Source of the DNA: an uncultured Acidobacteriota bacterium
GTDB taxonomy: Bacteria > Acidobacteriota > UBA6911
Direction: 5' to 3'
Length of the DNA: 64,000 nt
Assembly: GCA_963827655.1 (NCBI GenBank)
Contig: CAWHCF010000042.1
Coordinates: 1 to 64,000, forward strand
Below, in pieces: positions 22,501 to 33,772 of the stretch. The translations under genes were made by a program, and so were the position numbers. The notes below the pieces were generated by a model. It worked only from the letters and a program-made list of their open reading frames with translations. It did no database searches and had not been told where the DNA came from. Position 1 is the first letter of the stretch. Each line of letters starts with the position of its first letter.

Positions 22501-22755
22501 CAACCCGGGCGCTATGGCAATGCCGCGCGCAATCTTTTCAGCGGGCCCGCGCACTCGAGTACCGACCTCGCAATTTCGAAGAACTTTCTGATATCCGAGG
22601 GAACGAAGCTTCAGTTCCGGACGGAATTCTTCAACACCTGGAACCAGGTCAACTTTGGCGCGCCCGAGGCGCGACTCGCCAATCGTAACTTCGGCCGGAT
22701 CCTGTCCGCCGGCAGCCCGCGGATCCTTCAGTTCGCGCTCAAGTACATGTTTTAA
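19576..22755 (+). CDS. TonB-dependent receptor (Oar-like)
   Basis: GTVRDATGAVVP, LPLNGRN, FSAEYGR, QDDYR, C-terminal KYMF; GGAGG RBS. Confidence 0.92.
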   Translation: MLGRKWAFPTILSVVLAFPSTGATQTTSATLLGTVRDATGAVVPNVQVTARNVLTSFTRSATTDANGSYIIPNLPVGPYSIAAECQGFRRFVQEGVTLSVNENARLDISLQVGVVAESVTVTAQTPGVDTRSSTIGEVVDQTRIQELPLNGRNAVALARVVPGVISVSAPTVVTNGRNGPDITVAGGRDTQNEFRFDGTSHQNLTHNSALNFPSPDALQEFKVLTSSFSAEYGRNAGGVVLAITRAGTNEFHGAVWEFLRNKALNARNFFSVDKPDLKQNQFGFTFGGPVIRSRTFFFGSYQGTRIRETSLYATALPPSVAERSGDFSASARRPRDPLTSQPFPNGQIPSQRFDAVAVKLLDRYVPLPNTPDGRWVALVSRPTDSDQYLGRVDHNISSANTVNLRFFREKSNVVTQLGNVSPYAPNREALQVDNWSLHDTHSFSPSLLNELHLGINRVDTRVRSLDDTQLSDLGAILPGVTPPQLSNITVDGFFSLDSGLNYIEHGNIYQIGDSASWFRGKHSVKFGGEYQRTEMINRASTATNGYFRFDGSITDNAFADLLIGKPRSLDQASPYDRVVKGYNFYLFIQDDYRVSPRITLNLGLRFELVRPYHHVHDWTNTYREGQTSTVTPAAPPGMVFPGDAGISRGLVPVDKNNFAPRLGLAWDPRGDGNLSIRAAYGLFYEDFRSDIWTYPAVNQPFVIREFINNPFSLTDPYQGRTSPFPYVYTPGGARFSFPMGLFTVPAPVLTLPYVHQMSLSVERALPGAMVVKAGYVGKLAHNLLRMVQKNPAVYIPGQSTTANTDSRRILMPGIYTSFREVATNSNAAYHSLQFSVNRRFSNGLTFLTAYTLGKLLDYYSAQNLGTTPQDPLDHRADRARSDEDRTHVLTGSFVYEIPAWKQQQGFLGKVFGGWEVSGIVSLASGLPVWVRSDRDNSLTGVGFDRPDLVGDPVRSHSSRDDMIAQFFNTSAFVPNQPGRYGNAARNLFSGPAHSSTDLAISKNFLISEGTKLQFRTEFFNTWNQVNFGAPEARLANRNFGRILSAGSPRILQFALKYMF

Positions 22756-22810
22756 TTTGTTTGTTGCTTGGTGTTTCTTCGAGTCTTCGTGTCTTCGTGG
22801 TTGCTTTTTG

Positions 22811-25237
22811 TTAGAACTCGAACTGCAGGCCGCCAAGCGCGGTGGCCCCTGGGGTCCGAAAGCCGTTTTCGTAATAGTCGCGGTTGAAGAGATTCTCCAC
22901 CTTACCGTAGAGCCGGATGCCCTTCAGATCCGAAAGCGGTATACGGTAGCTTGTCACCACGTCGGCCTTCGCGATGCCGTCGAACTCATAGGCTCGGCTG
23001 GCAAAGGTGATTGGATCGAAGACCGGGGCCAGGTAGCTGCTGGACACGGCCAGGTCGAAGTTCACAAAAAGACGTCGTCCGATGCGCTGTGTGGCAATCA
23101 TGGAAAACTGGTGATCGGGTATGGCAAAGGATCGGATGATCCCGGGAACAACGGGCACACGCTGATCCGCGTTGGTGTAGGTGTAGGCGATCCCCAGGTC
23201 GAGGCTGCGGGCTGGTGTCGTTGACAGGCTCCATTCAAGTCCGCGAGCAAGGCCGCCCTGGTTGTTGCGGTATCCTCCGAACCTTCCGAATGGATCGGTT
23301 ACCGGACTGATGGCGCCGGAAAAATCAAAAATGATGACCTCCTGAAGCCGTGTGTAAAAGTAAGTTGTCGAAGTGCGCAACCGGTTGTCGAAGAGTGTCT
23401 GATCGATCCCCGCATCAAATGCAATGGAACGGTCCGGACGCAGCCGCGGATCTCCGAAGATAGAATAGCCAAAACTCCCAAAAGAGGTGCCAAAGCGCTC
23501 GTAGAGGGAAGGCGCGCGATAACCGTTGCCGACGTGGCCGCGGAGCTTGGTTCCCGTCTTCCGGAAAAAGTACGCGATCGAGCCGTCTCCGGTGTAGGCG
23601 TTGGGCGGCGCTGCGAAGTCGGGACCCGGGTACGGCGACGATCCTGCGGGAACAAACTCCGGGCGGTCGAGCGAGAAAAACTGGGTGCGGAAAGACAGTA
23701 GAAGCTGGAGCCGATCGTCAAGCAGTCGCGACTGGTCCTGCACGAACAACGCGTTGCTGCGCTGAGTCACGTCGACCGAGGAGTTGGTCGCCGGATTCAC
23801 CGGAAAGGATCGGTTTCGATAGTTCTCGCTCTCGAATTCGTACCCTGCGTCGACGGAGTGAAGCGATCCTATCCGAAGGTTCGTCCGCGCGTTGAGTGTG
23901 TGGATCACCCCGATGGTGTCGGTGCGGGTGTTGCCGGCAGGCTGAGAGGAGACACCGCCCGGTCCATCCAGAAATGACCGATCGGTGTTCAACCCCTGGT
24001 AAGTAACCGTGTAACCAAAGTTCTCGGTTGGACGCGACGCGAAGAATAGCGCGCCGCTGAAGAAGTGTCCGTCGCGGGTCCAGTCCGGATTGTTGGCCGC
24101 CGGGATAAAATTGGCTCCGCCCACGTTCAGCCCCGATATCGGCACGCCGCTCTCATACCGTTGCAGCTCGTCGATCGAGAGTGGGACGGCGGTTATGATC
24201 CCCGAGGGGGGAAGGGTGCCCAGGGTCTGGGGACTGGTATTGAGCTTCTGGTACGAGTGCGCGGCATAGACCCGTCCGGACAGCGTTGCTGTGGGAGAAA
24301 GTCGAAAGCCGATGCGTCCCTGGCCGTTCGTTTTCCGGGCGGCATCATCGCCGTCAATACCATCCGTGACATTCAAGTGGGCTGCGCCGGCGCTGTACTG
24401 AATCCGGTCCCCTTGTGATCCGCCGGCGGCCCGCATGCTTCCCCGAAATAGACCGAGGGAGCCTCCTTCGGCGAGCGCACTGCCGCGCAGGCGACCGCCA
24501 CCTTCGTCCGTGACAATATTGATTACGCCCCCGATCGCATTCGACCCATAGAGGGACGAGCCGGAACCACGCAGCACCTCCAGTCGATCGATGTCTGTGA
24601 CAATAAAGTCGGAGAGAAACCCGGAGGCATCACCCTGGGGCGCGCCGACGTCGCGAAATCGGAGCCCGTCGATCAGGACGGCCGTGTCTTCGTTGCGCAG
24701 GCCGCGTGTCTTGACCGAGACGAATGCGCCGGGACCACCCAGCTGCTGCACCCGCAAGCCCGGAACATGCCGCAGCGCCTCCGGAATAGCGAATTCATCA
24801 CGCTCCTCGAGCTCTTCCTGCCGCACTACCGTGATGGCCTTGGAGACCTCGTCGGCGGATTGGGGCGCCTGGGCGGCAGTGACAACAATATCCTGGCGAA
24901 CACCCTGGAGCTGGAGCGAAATATCAAGAGTCGCCTCCTCGGCTCGCCCGACCCGCGCCGGCTTTCCTGTCGTGGTTGCAAAGCCGGGAGCTTGAGCCTC
25001 GACCAGGTAGTCGCCTGAAACAAGTCGATCGAAGCGATAGGATCCCTCGGCATTGGTCGTCACGCTCATGCGCGTGCCGGTTGACCTCGCGTAGAGAGTG
25101 ACGATTGCGCCAGGCACCCCGAGACCCTGAGGATCCACTACCCGGCCGGCGATGCTGGCGCCGGTCTGGGCTTCCAGCGGCGCAACAGTCAAAAGAATAA
25201 AGGCAAACAATACGGCTGTCCTTTCGTTCCTGCGCAT
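22811..25237 (-). CDS. btuB: BtuB-like TonB-dependent cobalamin receptor
   Basis: Plug motif IDRLEVLRGSGSSLYGSNAIGGVINI, C-terminal ENLFNRDY...FEF; cobalamin riboswitches upstream. Confidence 0.8.
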   Translation of the reverse strand: MRRNERTAVLFAFILLTVAPLEAQTGASIAGRVVDPQGLGVPGAIVTLYARSTGTRMSVTTNAEGSYRFDRLVSGDYLVEAQAPGFATTTGKPARVGRAEEATLDISLQLQGVRQDIVVTAAQAPQSADEVSKAITVVRQEELEERDEFAIPEALRHVPGLRVQQLGGPGAFVSVKTRGLRNEDTAVLIDGLRFRDVGAPQGDASGFLSDFIVTDIDRLEVLRGSGSSLYGSNAIGGVINIVTDEGGGRLRGSALAEGGSLGLFRGSMRAAGGSQGDRIQYSAGAAHLNVTDGIDGDDAARKTNGQGRIGFRLSPTATLSGRVYAAHSYQKLNTSPQTLGTLPPSGIITAVPLSIDELQRYESGVPISGLNVGGANFIPAANNPDWTRDGHFFSGALFFASRPTENFGYTVTYQGLNTDRSFLDGPGGVSSQPAGNTRTDTIGVIHTLNARTNLRIGSLHSVDAGYEFESENYRNRSFPVNPATNSSVDVTQRSNALFVQDQSRLLDDRLQLLLSFRTQFFSLDRPEFVPAGSSPYPGPDFAAPPNAYTGDGSIAYFFRKTGTKLRGHVGNGYRAPSLYERFGTSFGSFGYSIFGDPRLRPDRSIAFDAGIDQTLFDNRLRTSTTYFYTRLQEVIIFDFSGAISPVTDPFGRFGGYRNNQGGLARGLEWSLSTTPARSLDLGIAYTYTNADQRVPVVPGIIRSFAIPDHQFSMIATQRIGRRLFVNFDLAVSSSYLAPVFDPITFASRAYEFDGIAKADVVTSYRIPLSDLKGIRLYGKVENLFNRDYYENGFRTPGATALGGLQFEF

Positions 25238-25282
25238 CTTCGATATCCTTTTCTCCTCCCCAGCGGAGGATAGAAAGACACT

Positions 25283-25500
25283 TCGGAGGCCGGTTTCCTG
25301 ACTCACGGCCGCTGAATCTTGAACGTGGCGTAAGGCTGCCGGTCAGATCCAGTTTGCGCACTCCGGTCGGCGTGCGCCTCATCCTACTCTCCGCCGCCTT
25401 CCCATCCCTCGGGACAGTGGCCCTTCGAAGCGGATTTCGTTGCCGTTCACAGTTGCGTGGGCAGTGGCGGCATCACACCGCTCTTCCCGCACACCTCCGA
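25283..25500 (-). ncRNA. Cobalamin riboswitch (gene-proximal)
   Basis: Minus strand reads GGGAAgagCGGTGtgatgCCG...GCAACTGT...GCCACTG...GGGAAGG...GAGTCAGGAAACCGGCC (B12 box); P1 is TCGGAGG/CCTCCGA. Confidence 0.85.
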
Positions 25501-25694
25501 TGTATCAGGTTGTTGGTGACTCATTGCCGTGGCGCCTGGCGCCGCAAAAGGCATTCCGAGATTCTAACGAGCAGCAGCCCGCGCGCGATTCGGATGAGGA
25601 CGATTGGGAAAGGCAGGAAAGGGAGACCGGCCAAGGCCGGTCGCCAACGCCCGACACCCACCGCTCTCATGCGAAGCGTGGCGTGAGCACTGCG

Positions 25695-25877
25695 CGTCCG
25701 AGGCAGGTCTCCTGACTTGCAGGTCACTGCGGAGCTGGCGACCTTCCCGTTCCAGTTGGAAGGAACAGTGGCTTAGAACTTGTGCCAGCGCGCTCGCTGC
25801 TTACAGTGGCGCGACCGTGCGGGCTTTTCACCCGCTTCCCTTTTCACTCGCCCGTTCAAGACGAGCACCTCGGGACG
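25695..25877 (-). ncRNA. Cobalamin (AdoCbl) riboswitch (distal)
   Basis: Minus strand reads AAAAGGGAAGCGGGTGAAAAGCCCGC...CGCCACTGT...GCCACTG...GGGAAGG...AAGTCAGGAGACCTGCC. Confidence 0.92.
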
Positions 25878-26284
25878 GATGACGAAGTATCATAGCGGGA
25901 TGACTCAGGTCAAGCTTTTCAGTTGGACCAGCGATTCAAAGAGTGCTCTGGCCGAGAACGAAGATGGGAAAGAGGCGGGCAAGGGGCCGACCGGACGTAG
26001 CCCGGCGGTGAGAGGCTGTCTCAAAACCTCCCGAGACATTTGTGCGGACGGGCTATCAAGCCCGTCCGGTCTTCCGAGAGGGCAATGAGCTTGTTATGGC
26101 TAAGTCCTTCGATAGTGTTACTTGCGACGGGCCAATGGCCCGTCGCCACAGGAGGCTCGGAAAGTGTCTCGGCCAATCGGCGAGGTCGCTGCTGAGTTTT
26201 GCGACGGTAACGCCGCACCACAAAAACCAAGAACTGGCGGCCAATTGAGAGCGGTTCGCTGAATTTTTTCAGACCTTTTCCGGC

Positions 26285-27093
<809 letters not shown>

Positions 27094-27514
27094 AAGTTTT
27101 TTTCTTGGGTTGATTTTGCGCGAGCATTCGCGCCTGCAATTCCAGCGGACGATTACAATTCCCCCACGCAACCTACTGATTTGACTCGCGGACTACAGAA
27201 TTCCACGGCCCCTGATCGTATCGAGCGCCCGTGTGGCCCATAACTGTAAAGATTGACAGGTATCTGGAAACTGACAGGAGCCGGAAACGAAGCGCTATTC
27301 CCCTATGGCTTTCGTCGCGTCTTGGCCTCTTGGCGGCGGATTTTTTCGCTTGACAATGGCGGCAACGGGGAACAGCATCCGTTCATCACGGGCGGTTTCG
27401 AGATTAAGGCTCATGCACACCGAGGAGACGTCCGTCCCACGGCAGTTCAAGCCCTCAGAAGATTCGCGAAGTAAAGGTCGAAACAATCTGCTTTTAACTC
27501 TACGGAGGTAATCC

Positions 27515-30500
27515 ATGGATGCCGAAATCCGAACGTTTTCAAAAGGCACTCTATTGAAATTGGCCGCGGCAGTAACCGCCCTGGTCGTCCTCGCGTCCGG
27601 TTCGCCGTTGTTGGCGCAATCGACTACGGGGAGCCTGGCCGGCGTCGTGCGGGATGTCAGCGGTTCCGTCGTCCCGGACGCCACTGTGACGGTTCGAAAC
27701 ATTGCGACCGGTTTCACACAAACCATGCCGACGGAAGCAGGCGGGGCATTTCTATTCCCGGTCTTGCCGGTTGGAGACTATGAGCTGCGCGTGGAAAAGC
27801 CGGGCTTCCAGTCCTATGTTCAGGCCGGTATTCGATTAAGCGTGGATCGCGCCGCCAGCCAGAACGTGACTTTGCAGGTCGGTCAGGTGACAGAACAGGT
27901 CACAGTGCAGGCCGAGGCCGAGCTGGTAACTACGCGCACGGCAACTGCCGGCCAGCTGGTCGACGAGAAGCGGATCGTGGAACTGCCGCTGAACGGCCGA
28001 AGACCGGAACGGCTGATCTACCTGGCGGCGGGAACCGTGGACCTGGGACGCAACTCCTGCCAGATCTGCGGCCACGGCGGAGTCTATCCCGGCGAGGAGA
28101 CAGCCGGAGTGAACGGAGCGGGGATTTACCAGGTCAACTTTCAGCTCGATGCGACCAGTCACAACGACACCTATATCAATGTCAGCCTCCCCTTCCCCAA
28201 TCCCGATTCGGTCCAGGAGTTCAACCTTCAATCCAGCAATTTTACGGCCGAATACGGCAATGCCGGCGGCGGGATCGTCAACATCGTGACCAAATCCGGC
28301 ACCAACGATATTCATGGCAGCGCGTTCTATTTCCTCCGAAACGGAGCGCTGAACGCCCGCCAGTTCTTCGCGCCGGAGCAGGATGCGCTTAAGCGCAACC
28401 AGTACGGCGGCAGCGCCGGAGGGCCGATCGTAAAAGACAAGCTGTTCTATTTCGGGACTTATCAAGGCACGCAGCTGCGCAACACTCCGGCAGGACGCAT
28501 CTCGTTCGTTCCCACGGCAGCCGAGCGGAACGGAGACTTCTCGTCAACTCCAACACAATTGATTGATCCTGTTAGCAGGCAGCCCCTTCCCAATAATCAG
28601 ATCCCCGCCAGCCGGATCAACCCGGTTTCGAAATTCTTTCTCAACCGGATCCCGCTGCCCAATGGTCCAGGCAGGCAGCTGACCTTCCCCGGAACTCCTA
28701 TTGTCCAGGACGAGAATCAGTTCATGATCAAGTCCGACTACACGACCGGCAAGCATCAGCTCAGCGGGCGCTACTACTTCACCGACTTCGACGCGCCCCC
28801 GTTCGTGGGACCGGACAACATCCTGGCTGCGAACATCGGCCGGTAATGCCGTCCGGGTACAGAACGTCTCGATCAATCACACCCTGGCGCACTCGCCCAC
28901 GCTCTTGATCAACAGCACTTTCGGCATGAACCGGCAACGAGGCGGCTCGCTCTCGAGCGCCGATTTTGGCTTTGCCGACGCAGGTGCCAAAGTCCTCGGC
29001 CCGGAGAGCGTCGAGGAACTCAATTCGCCGCCCGAGCTGATCGTGTCCGTCACGGATGGATTCAGCATCAGCACCAACCACCTGGGGGACTTTGATCGCG
29101 GTGATTTCACCGTGCGCGAGGTCGTGACCAAAATTTCGGGCCGCCACGAGCTTCGCTTTGGCGGCGAGGCGGTGAATGTCCGCAACCATATCATCAATAC
29201 CTTCCAGATGGCCGGCAACTTCACCTTCAACGGCCAGTTGTCCGGAAACGGACTGGCGGACTTCATGTTTGGCCGGTCTTCGCAATTCCGCCAGGGGGGC
29301 GGCGAATTCAAGGACCTGCTTGGGACACGATGGGGATTCTTCGTCCAGGACAACTGGCAGGTCAGCTCCAGGCTCACGCTCAATCTTGGCTTACGCTGGG
29401 ATCCCTACCTGCCTTATTTTGATCGAGAGGGCCGGGTCGTCTGTTTCCAGCCCGCCACGACTCAACGATCCGTCCGTTATCCGAATGCGCCGCTGGGTTT
29501 CTTGTACGGCGGCGAAGATAGTGATCCGGGCTGTCCCCAGGGGGGATCGGAAAGCAACTGGTGGAATCTCGGTCCGAGATTCGGCCTGGCCTACCGGCTG
29601 ACCCAGGACGGCAAGACCAGCCTCAGATTCGGCGGCGGCATTTACTACACGCCGATTCAGACGAGCAACATGAACCCCTATACCAACATCGCTCCCTTCG
29701 CCGGAACCTTCACGCTGACGGATGTCTCCTTCGATGACCCGTACGGAAGCGGAAGCCAGGCTATGGCGAATCCTTTTCCCGACAATTTTGGGCCGGATGT
29801 GCCGGGTCCCGATTTTGTGTTCGCGCCCATCAACGACATCCGGGCGTACTTTACCAAGGACTACCGGATTCCGCAGCTCGCCACCTGGAGCCTGCGGATC
29901 GAGCGCCAGATCGGCAAGGACTGGGTCGCCAGCGTCGCCTACCTCGGCAACAAGGGCACCTATCTCCAGCTGGGCACCCAGGAGAATCCGGCCATCTTCG
30001 GACCGGGCGCGACGGTCGGCAATACTCAGGCACGGCGCGTGTATCCGAATTTCGGACCCGTAGCCCGGACCGACGCAGCTGCCAACTCCAGTTTCCACGC
30101 GTTCCAGTGGAACCTGGAGAAGCGCCTCAGTTACGGCCTATCTGTCCTGGCCAATTATACGTGGTCGAAGACGATGGATAACGCTCGATGGCTCGGATCC
30201 TTACAACAGGCGGCGTGGATGGGGCCTGTCAGGGTTTGACATTCCACACAATTTTAAATTTTCGAATATCTTCGACATACCCCGAATGAATCTGAACGGA
30301 GTCGCCAGCGCATTCCTGAACGGCTGGCAGGTGAATTCCATCTTCACCTGGCAGAGCGGTTTCCCGTTCGGCGTCGGCAGCGGCAGGGACAACTCCTTCA
30401 GCGGAGTGAACGGGGATCGAGCGGATTACCTGGGTGGCGGCTCGGCCCAGCTCAGCTCAGACCGCCCCCGCGGCGAGCAGGTCTTGCAATGGTTCGACAC

Positions 30501-30780
30501 TTCCAAATTCACGGTCAACGCTTTAGGGACGTTCGGGAACAGTGGAAGGAACATTCTGCGTGGCCCCAAGTATATGACAACGGACTTTGGGCTGCTGAAG
30601 AGCACGCTCGTGAAGGAAGGATTGAGCGTGCAGTTCCGGGCCGAGTTCTTCAACCTTTTCAACAACGTCAATTTCCGCTTGCCGAACAGCAACATATCTT
30701 CCGCCCAGGTGGGCCGGATCACCGCGGTGGTGGACGATAACCAACGCATCATACAATTCGGCCTGAAAATCCTGTTCTGA
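27515..30780 (+). CDS. TonB-dependent receptor (Oar-like); 2 frameshifts
   Basis: ORFs 27515-28846, 28905-30239 and 30286-30780 join into one receptor ending QFGLKILF. Confidence 0.87.
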
Positions 30781-30844
30781 TTCCTCCTGCCCGTCGTTCT
30801 CTCGCGTCTTGGCGGTGGTTTCGTTTTCATGCAACCACCGCCAA

Positions 30845-31077
30845 GGGTTCGCGCAGAAATAAGTTCGCATTCTGCTGCAGGCCCCCAGGCCCGCTGGCGA
30901 GGCGCGAGCGACGATGCGTACCCGATGCGGTACGTGAGGAGCGAGCAACAAAGCCAGCGGGCCTGCGGGCCGCAGCCCGAAGGGGCGCGATCCTCACCGT
31001 GCTTAGCGAACAGAAACCGGTTCATGATTGACCACCGACTCTCGCGCCAGAATGTGAAGTTATTTTTGCGCGAGCCC
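30845..31077. mobile_element. MITE-like element A (~233 bp) with imperfect terminal inverted repeats
   Basis: Left end GGGTTCGCGCAGAAATAAGTTCGCATTCTG, right end CAGAATGTGAAGTTATTTTTGCGCGAGCCC; the same ends occur at 36002-36128. Confidence 0.65.
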
Positions 31078-31100
31078 TAAGACGCAAAGACAAACCTGAA

Positions 31101-33653
31101 ATGCATGTGAGAAGCTTCTTTCTCCTGGGTTGCGTCTTCCTGGCTGCAGTCTTCTCCGCCTGGGCGCAAGGACCACCTTATTCTGCTTCGAAACATGGCG
31201 GGACCTACATGTTCAACTTCTACCTCCCGCCCGCGCCCAGCACCACCCCGTGGGCTCCGAGCTGGTCTCCCGACGGGAAATGGATCGCGGTCGCGATGCA
31301 TGGATCGATCTGGAAGGTGGACCCCGAAAACGGTGAGGCGTCAGAGCTGACCTACGACAAACGCTATCATTCTTCACCGGACTGCTCCCCCGACGGCCGC
31401 TGGATCGTCTACACGGCCGACGATAACGGGGGCACGATTCAACTCGAGATCTTGAATGTCCAAACCGGCCAGTCGCGCTCCCTGACGTCTGACGGGCATA
31501 TCTACGCCGATCCCGTCTTCTCGCCGGATGGAAGCAAGCTTGCCTACGTCAGCACAAAACCGAACGGCTATTTCAACATTTACCTTCGCCCTATACGGGA
31601 CGGTCAGTGGTCAGGCGAAGAGATTGCGCTGACGCAAGACAATAACTACGGAAAGGATCGCCCCTATTTCGGCGCGTGGGACATGCATACTCAACCTGCA
31701 TGGACGCCCGATGGAGCCGAGATCATCTTGGTTTCCAACCGGAATGTTACGCTAGGTTCGGGCGACATATGGCGCATGCCGGCCGAGCCGCTCGGAGTCT
31801 TGAAAGCGAAGTCCATCTTGAAGGAGCAGACACTCTATCGGACCCGGCCCGACGTATCGATCGACGGCAAACGGATTATTTACTCTTCGACCCGCGGCGC
31901 TGCCGACGAATATAGCCATCTCTACATCATTCCCGCTGCCGGAGGCGAACCATACAAAATGACCTTCGGCTCCTACGACGACTTTCATCCCCGCTGGTCT
32001 CCGGATGGTGAATGGATTGCCTACATCTCCAATCGCGGCGGCCTGCCGCAGTTGTGGCTGCTGGAAACTTATGGCGGAGCCCAGAAGCGAATCGACATCA
32101 AGGCGCGTCGCTGGAAACGGCCGATGGGCCGGATCCAGGTGCGGGTGGAGGACGAACGCACCGGCAAGCCGACCGCTGCACGAATCTACGGGGTGGGCTC
32201 CGACGGAAAGTTTTACGCTCCGGCAGACGCCTACTCGAGAATAGCCGCTCCTCGAATGATTCGCCGTGTGGGGGAGCATGTGTTCCATACCGGCGGAGAA
32301 TTCACCGCGGAAGTTCCGACGGGCAGGATGACGATCGAAGCCGTGAAGGGCTTCGAATACTGGCCCGCCGCTCAGGACATCGAGGTGAAGGAGGGTGAGG
32401 TTTCGACCGCAGTCCTCCGGTTGAAGCCGATGATCGATATGGGCGGTAAGGGCTGGTATAGCGGCTCAACCCACGCTCACATGAACTATGGAGGAAACCT
32501 GCGCAATACCCTGGAGAACATGATGATGATGGCGCGGGCCGAAGACCTCGACATCGTCAACGTGCTGGTCGCTAACAAGGACAATCGGATCCTGGATCGG
32601 GAACACTTTGTTCCCGGCGGCGGAGCGCATCCGGTTTCAAAGAATGATCGTGATCTGGTCGTAATCGTGGGCGAAGAGTACCGCCCTCTTTTCTGGGGCC
32701 ACACCTTCTTTATCGGGTTGCGCACTCACCTGATCTCACCCTTCACGACCGGCTACGAGGGGACCGCCCTTGAAAGCCTGTATCCCAGCAACACCGACAT
32801 GTTTCGAAAAGCCAGGGCTCAGGGGGCTGTGACAGGATACGTTCATGCCTTCGGTGGCGAGGGCGACCCGCTCGAAGGCAGTCTGGGAGGGGCGAAGGGC
32901 TTTCCGGTCGATGCGGCGCTTGGCACTATTGACGCGGTGGAATGGTCGTCATCCTCTCGTGCGACACTTCGGGTATGGCACCACGCCCTGAACAATGACC
33001 TCCGTATCGCTCCTGTCGGTGGAGAGGACGCAAACACCAGTCTGCACCGACATACACTGATAGGAAGTGTTCGGACCTACGCTTATCTCGGATCGAACTT
33101 CACGGCTTCGGAGTGGCTCGATTCAATCAGAGCCGGACGCACGTTCTTCACCAATGGTCCCCTGCTCGAGTTTCGCATCAATCAAAGCACCCCGGGAGAA
33201 ACCTTGCAGCTGCCGCCAGGAGGCGGAACAGTGAGGCTGGAAGCGAAGGTCTGGTCCACCGTTCCTTTGACGAAGATTCTGATTTACCATAACGGCAAGG
33301 TCTGGAAAGAGCTCCCTCCAAACAGCGATCGCACCAGTGCGAATTTCCAGCAGGAAGCAGTTGTTTCTGAAAGCGGCTGGTATGTCCTCGCCGCCGAGGG
33401 AAGCCCGGCGAACTCTCGCGCCGATCCTTCCTACCCGCAGGCCGTAACCAACGCGATCCGGGTTCAGGTCGGCGACCAGAAGATCCGCAGCCGGGCATCG
33501 GCAGAATACTTCATGCGCTGGATCGACAAGCTGCGCGGGATGGCAAAAGCATGGGTTGGCTGGAGGTCCGAGGCGGAAACAAGTCACGTTCTAGGCCAGC
33601 TGGACGAAGCCAGAGGCATTTACGAGCGGCTCGCGCGGGAGGCGGAACGTTAG
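31101..33653 (+). CDS. TolB-like PD40 repeat protein fused to a PHP-type (CehA/McbA-like) metallohydrolase
   Basis: Multiple P.WSPDG repeats; GWYSGSTHAH, GEEYR...GH, YVH and G..D motifs. Confidence 0.8.
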   Translation: MHVRSFFLLGCVFLAAVFSAWAQGPPYSASKHGGTYMFNFYLPPAPSTTPWAPSWSPDGKWIAVAMHGSIWKVDPENGEASELTYDKRYHSSPDCSPDGRWIVYTADDNGGTIQLEILNVQTGQSRSLTSDGHIYADPVFSPDGSKLAYVSTKPNGYFNIYLRPIRDGQWSGEEIALTQDNNYGKDRPYFGAWDMHTQPAWTPDGAEIILVSNRNVTLGSGDIWRMPAEPLGVLKAKSILKEQTLYRTRPDVSIDGKRIIYSSTRGAADEYSHLYIIPAAGGEPYKMTFGSYDDFHPRWSPDGEWIAYISNRGGLPQLWLLETYGGAQKRIDIKARRWKRPMGRIQVRVEDERTGKPTAARIYGVGSDGKFYAPADAYSRIAAPRMIRRVGEHVFHTGGEFTAEVPTGRMTIEAVKGFEYWPAAQDIEVKEGEVSTAVLRLKPMIDMGGKGWYSGSTHAHMNYGGNLRNTLENMMMMARAEDLDIVNVLVANKDNRILDREHFVPGGGAHPVSKNDRDLVVIVGEEYRPLFWGHTFFIGLRTHLISPFTTGYEGTALESLYPSNTDMFRKARAQGAVTGYVHAFGGEGDPLEGSLGGAKGFPVDAALGTIDAVEWSSSSRATLRVWHHALNNDLRIAPVGGEDANTSLHRHTLIGSVRTYAYLGSNFTASEWLDSIRAGRTFFTNGPLLEFRINQSTPGETLQLPPGGGTVRLEAKVWSTVPLTKILIYHNGKVWKELPPNSDRTSANFQQEAVVSESGWYVLAAEGSPANSRADPSYPQAVTNAIRVQVGDQKIRSRASAEYFMRWIDKLRGMAKAWVGWRSEAETSHVLGQLDEARGIYERLAREAER

Positions 33654-33772
33654 CCGACAACAAATACCACTAAGACGCGAAGACACAAAGAAACACCAAG
33701 AATCAACAGTAAGCCTTCGGATATGCAAGCCGCCGATTTTCCTTCTATGCTGCCGCGCCATGAGGTCACCTT

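Noticed and set aside
25521-25670. Small ORF between the two riboswitches
   Set aside because: No clear RBS or recognisable motif; probably leader sequence.
26010-26280. Possible IS remnant (GAGGCTGTCTCAAAA resembles an IS5/IS1182-type end)
   Set aside because: The matching right end is poor and no transposase motif is identifiable.
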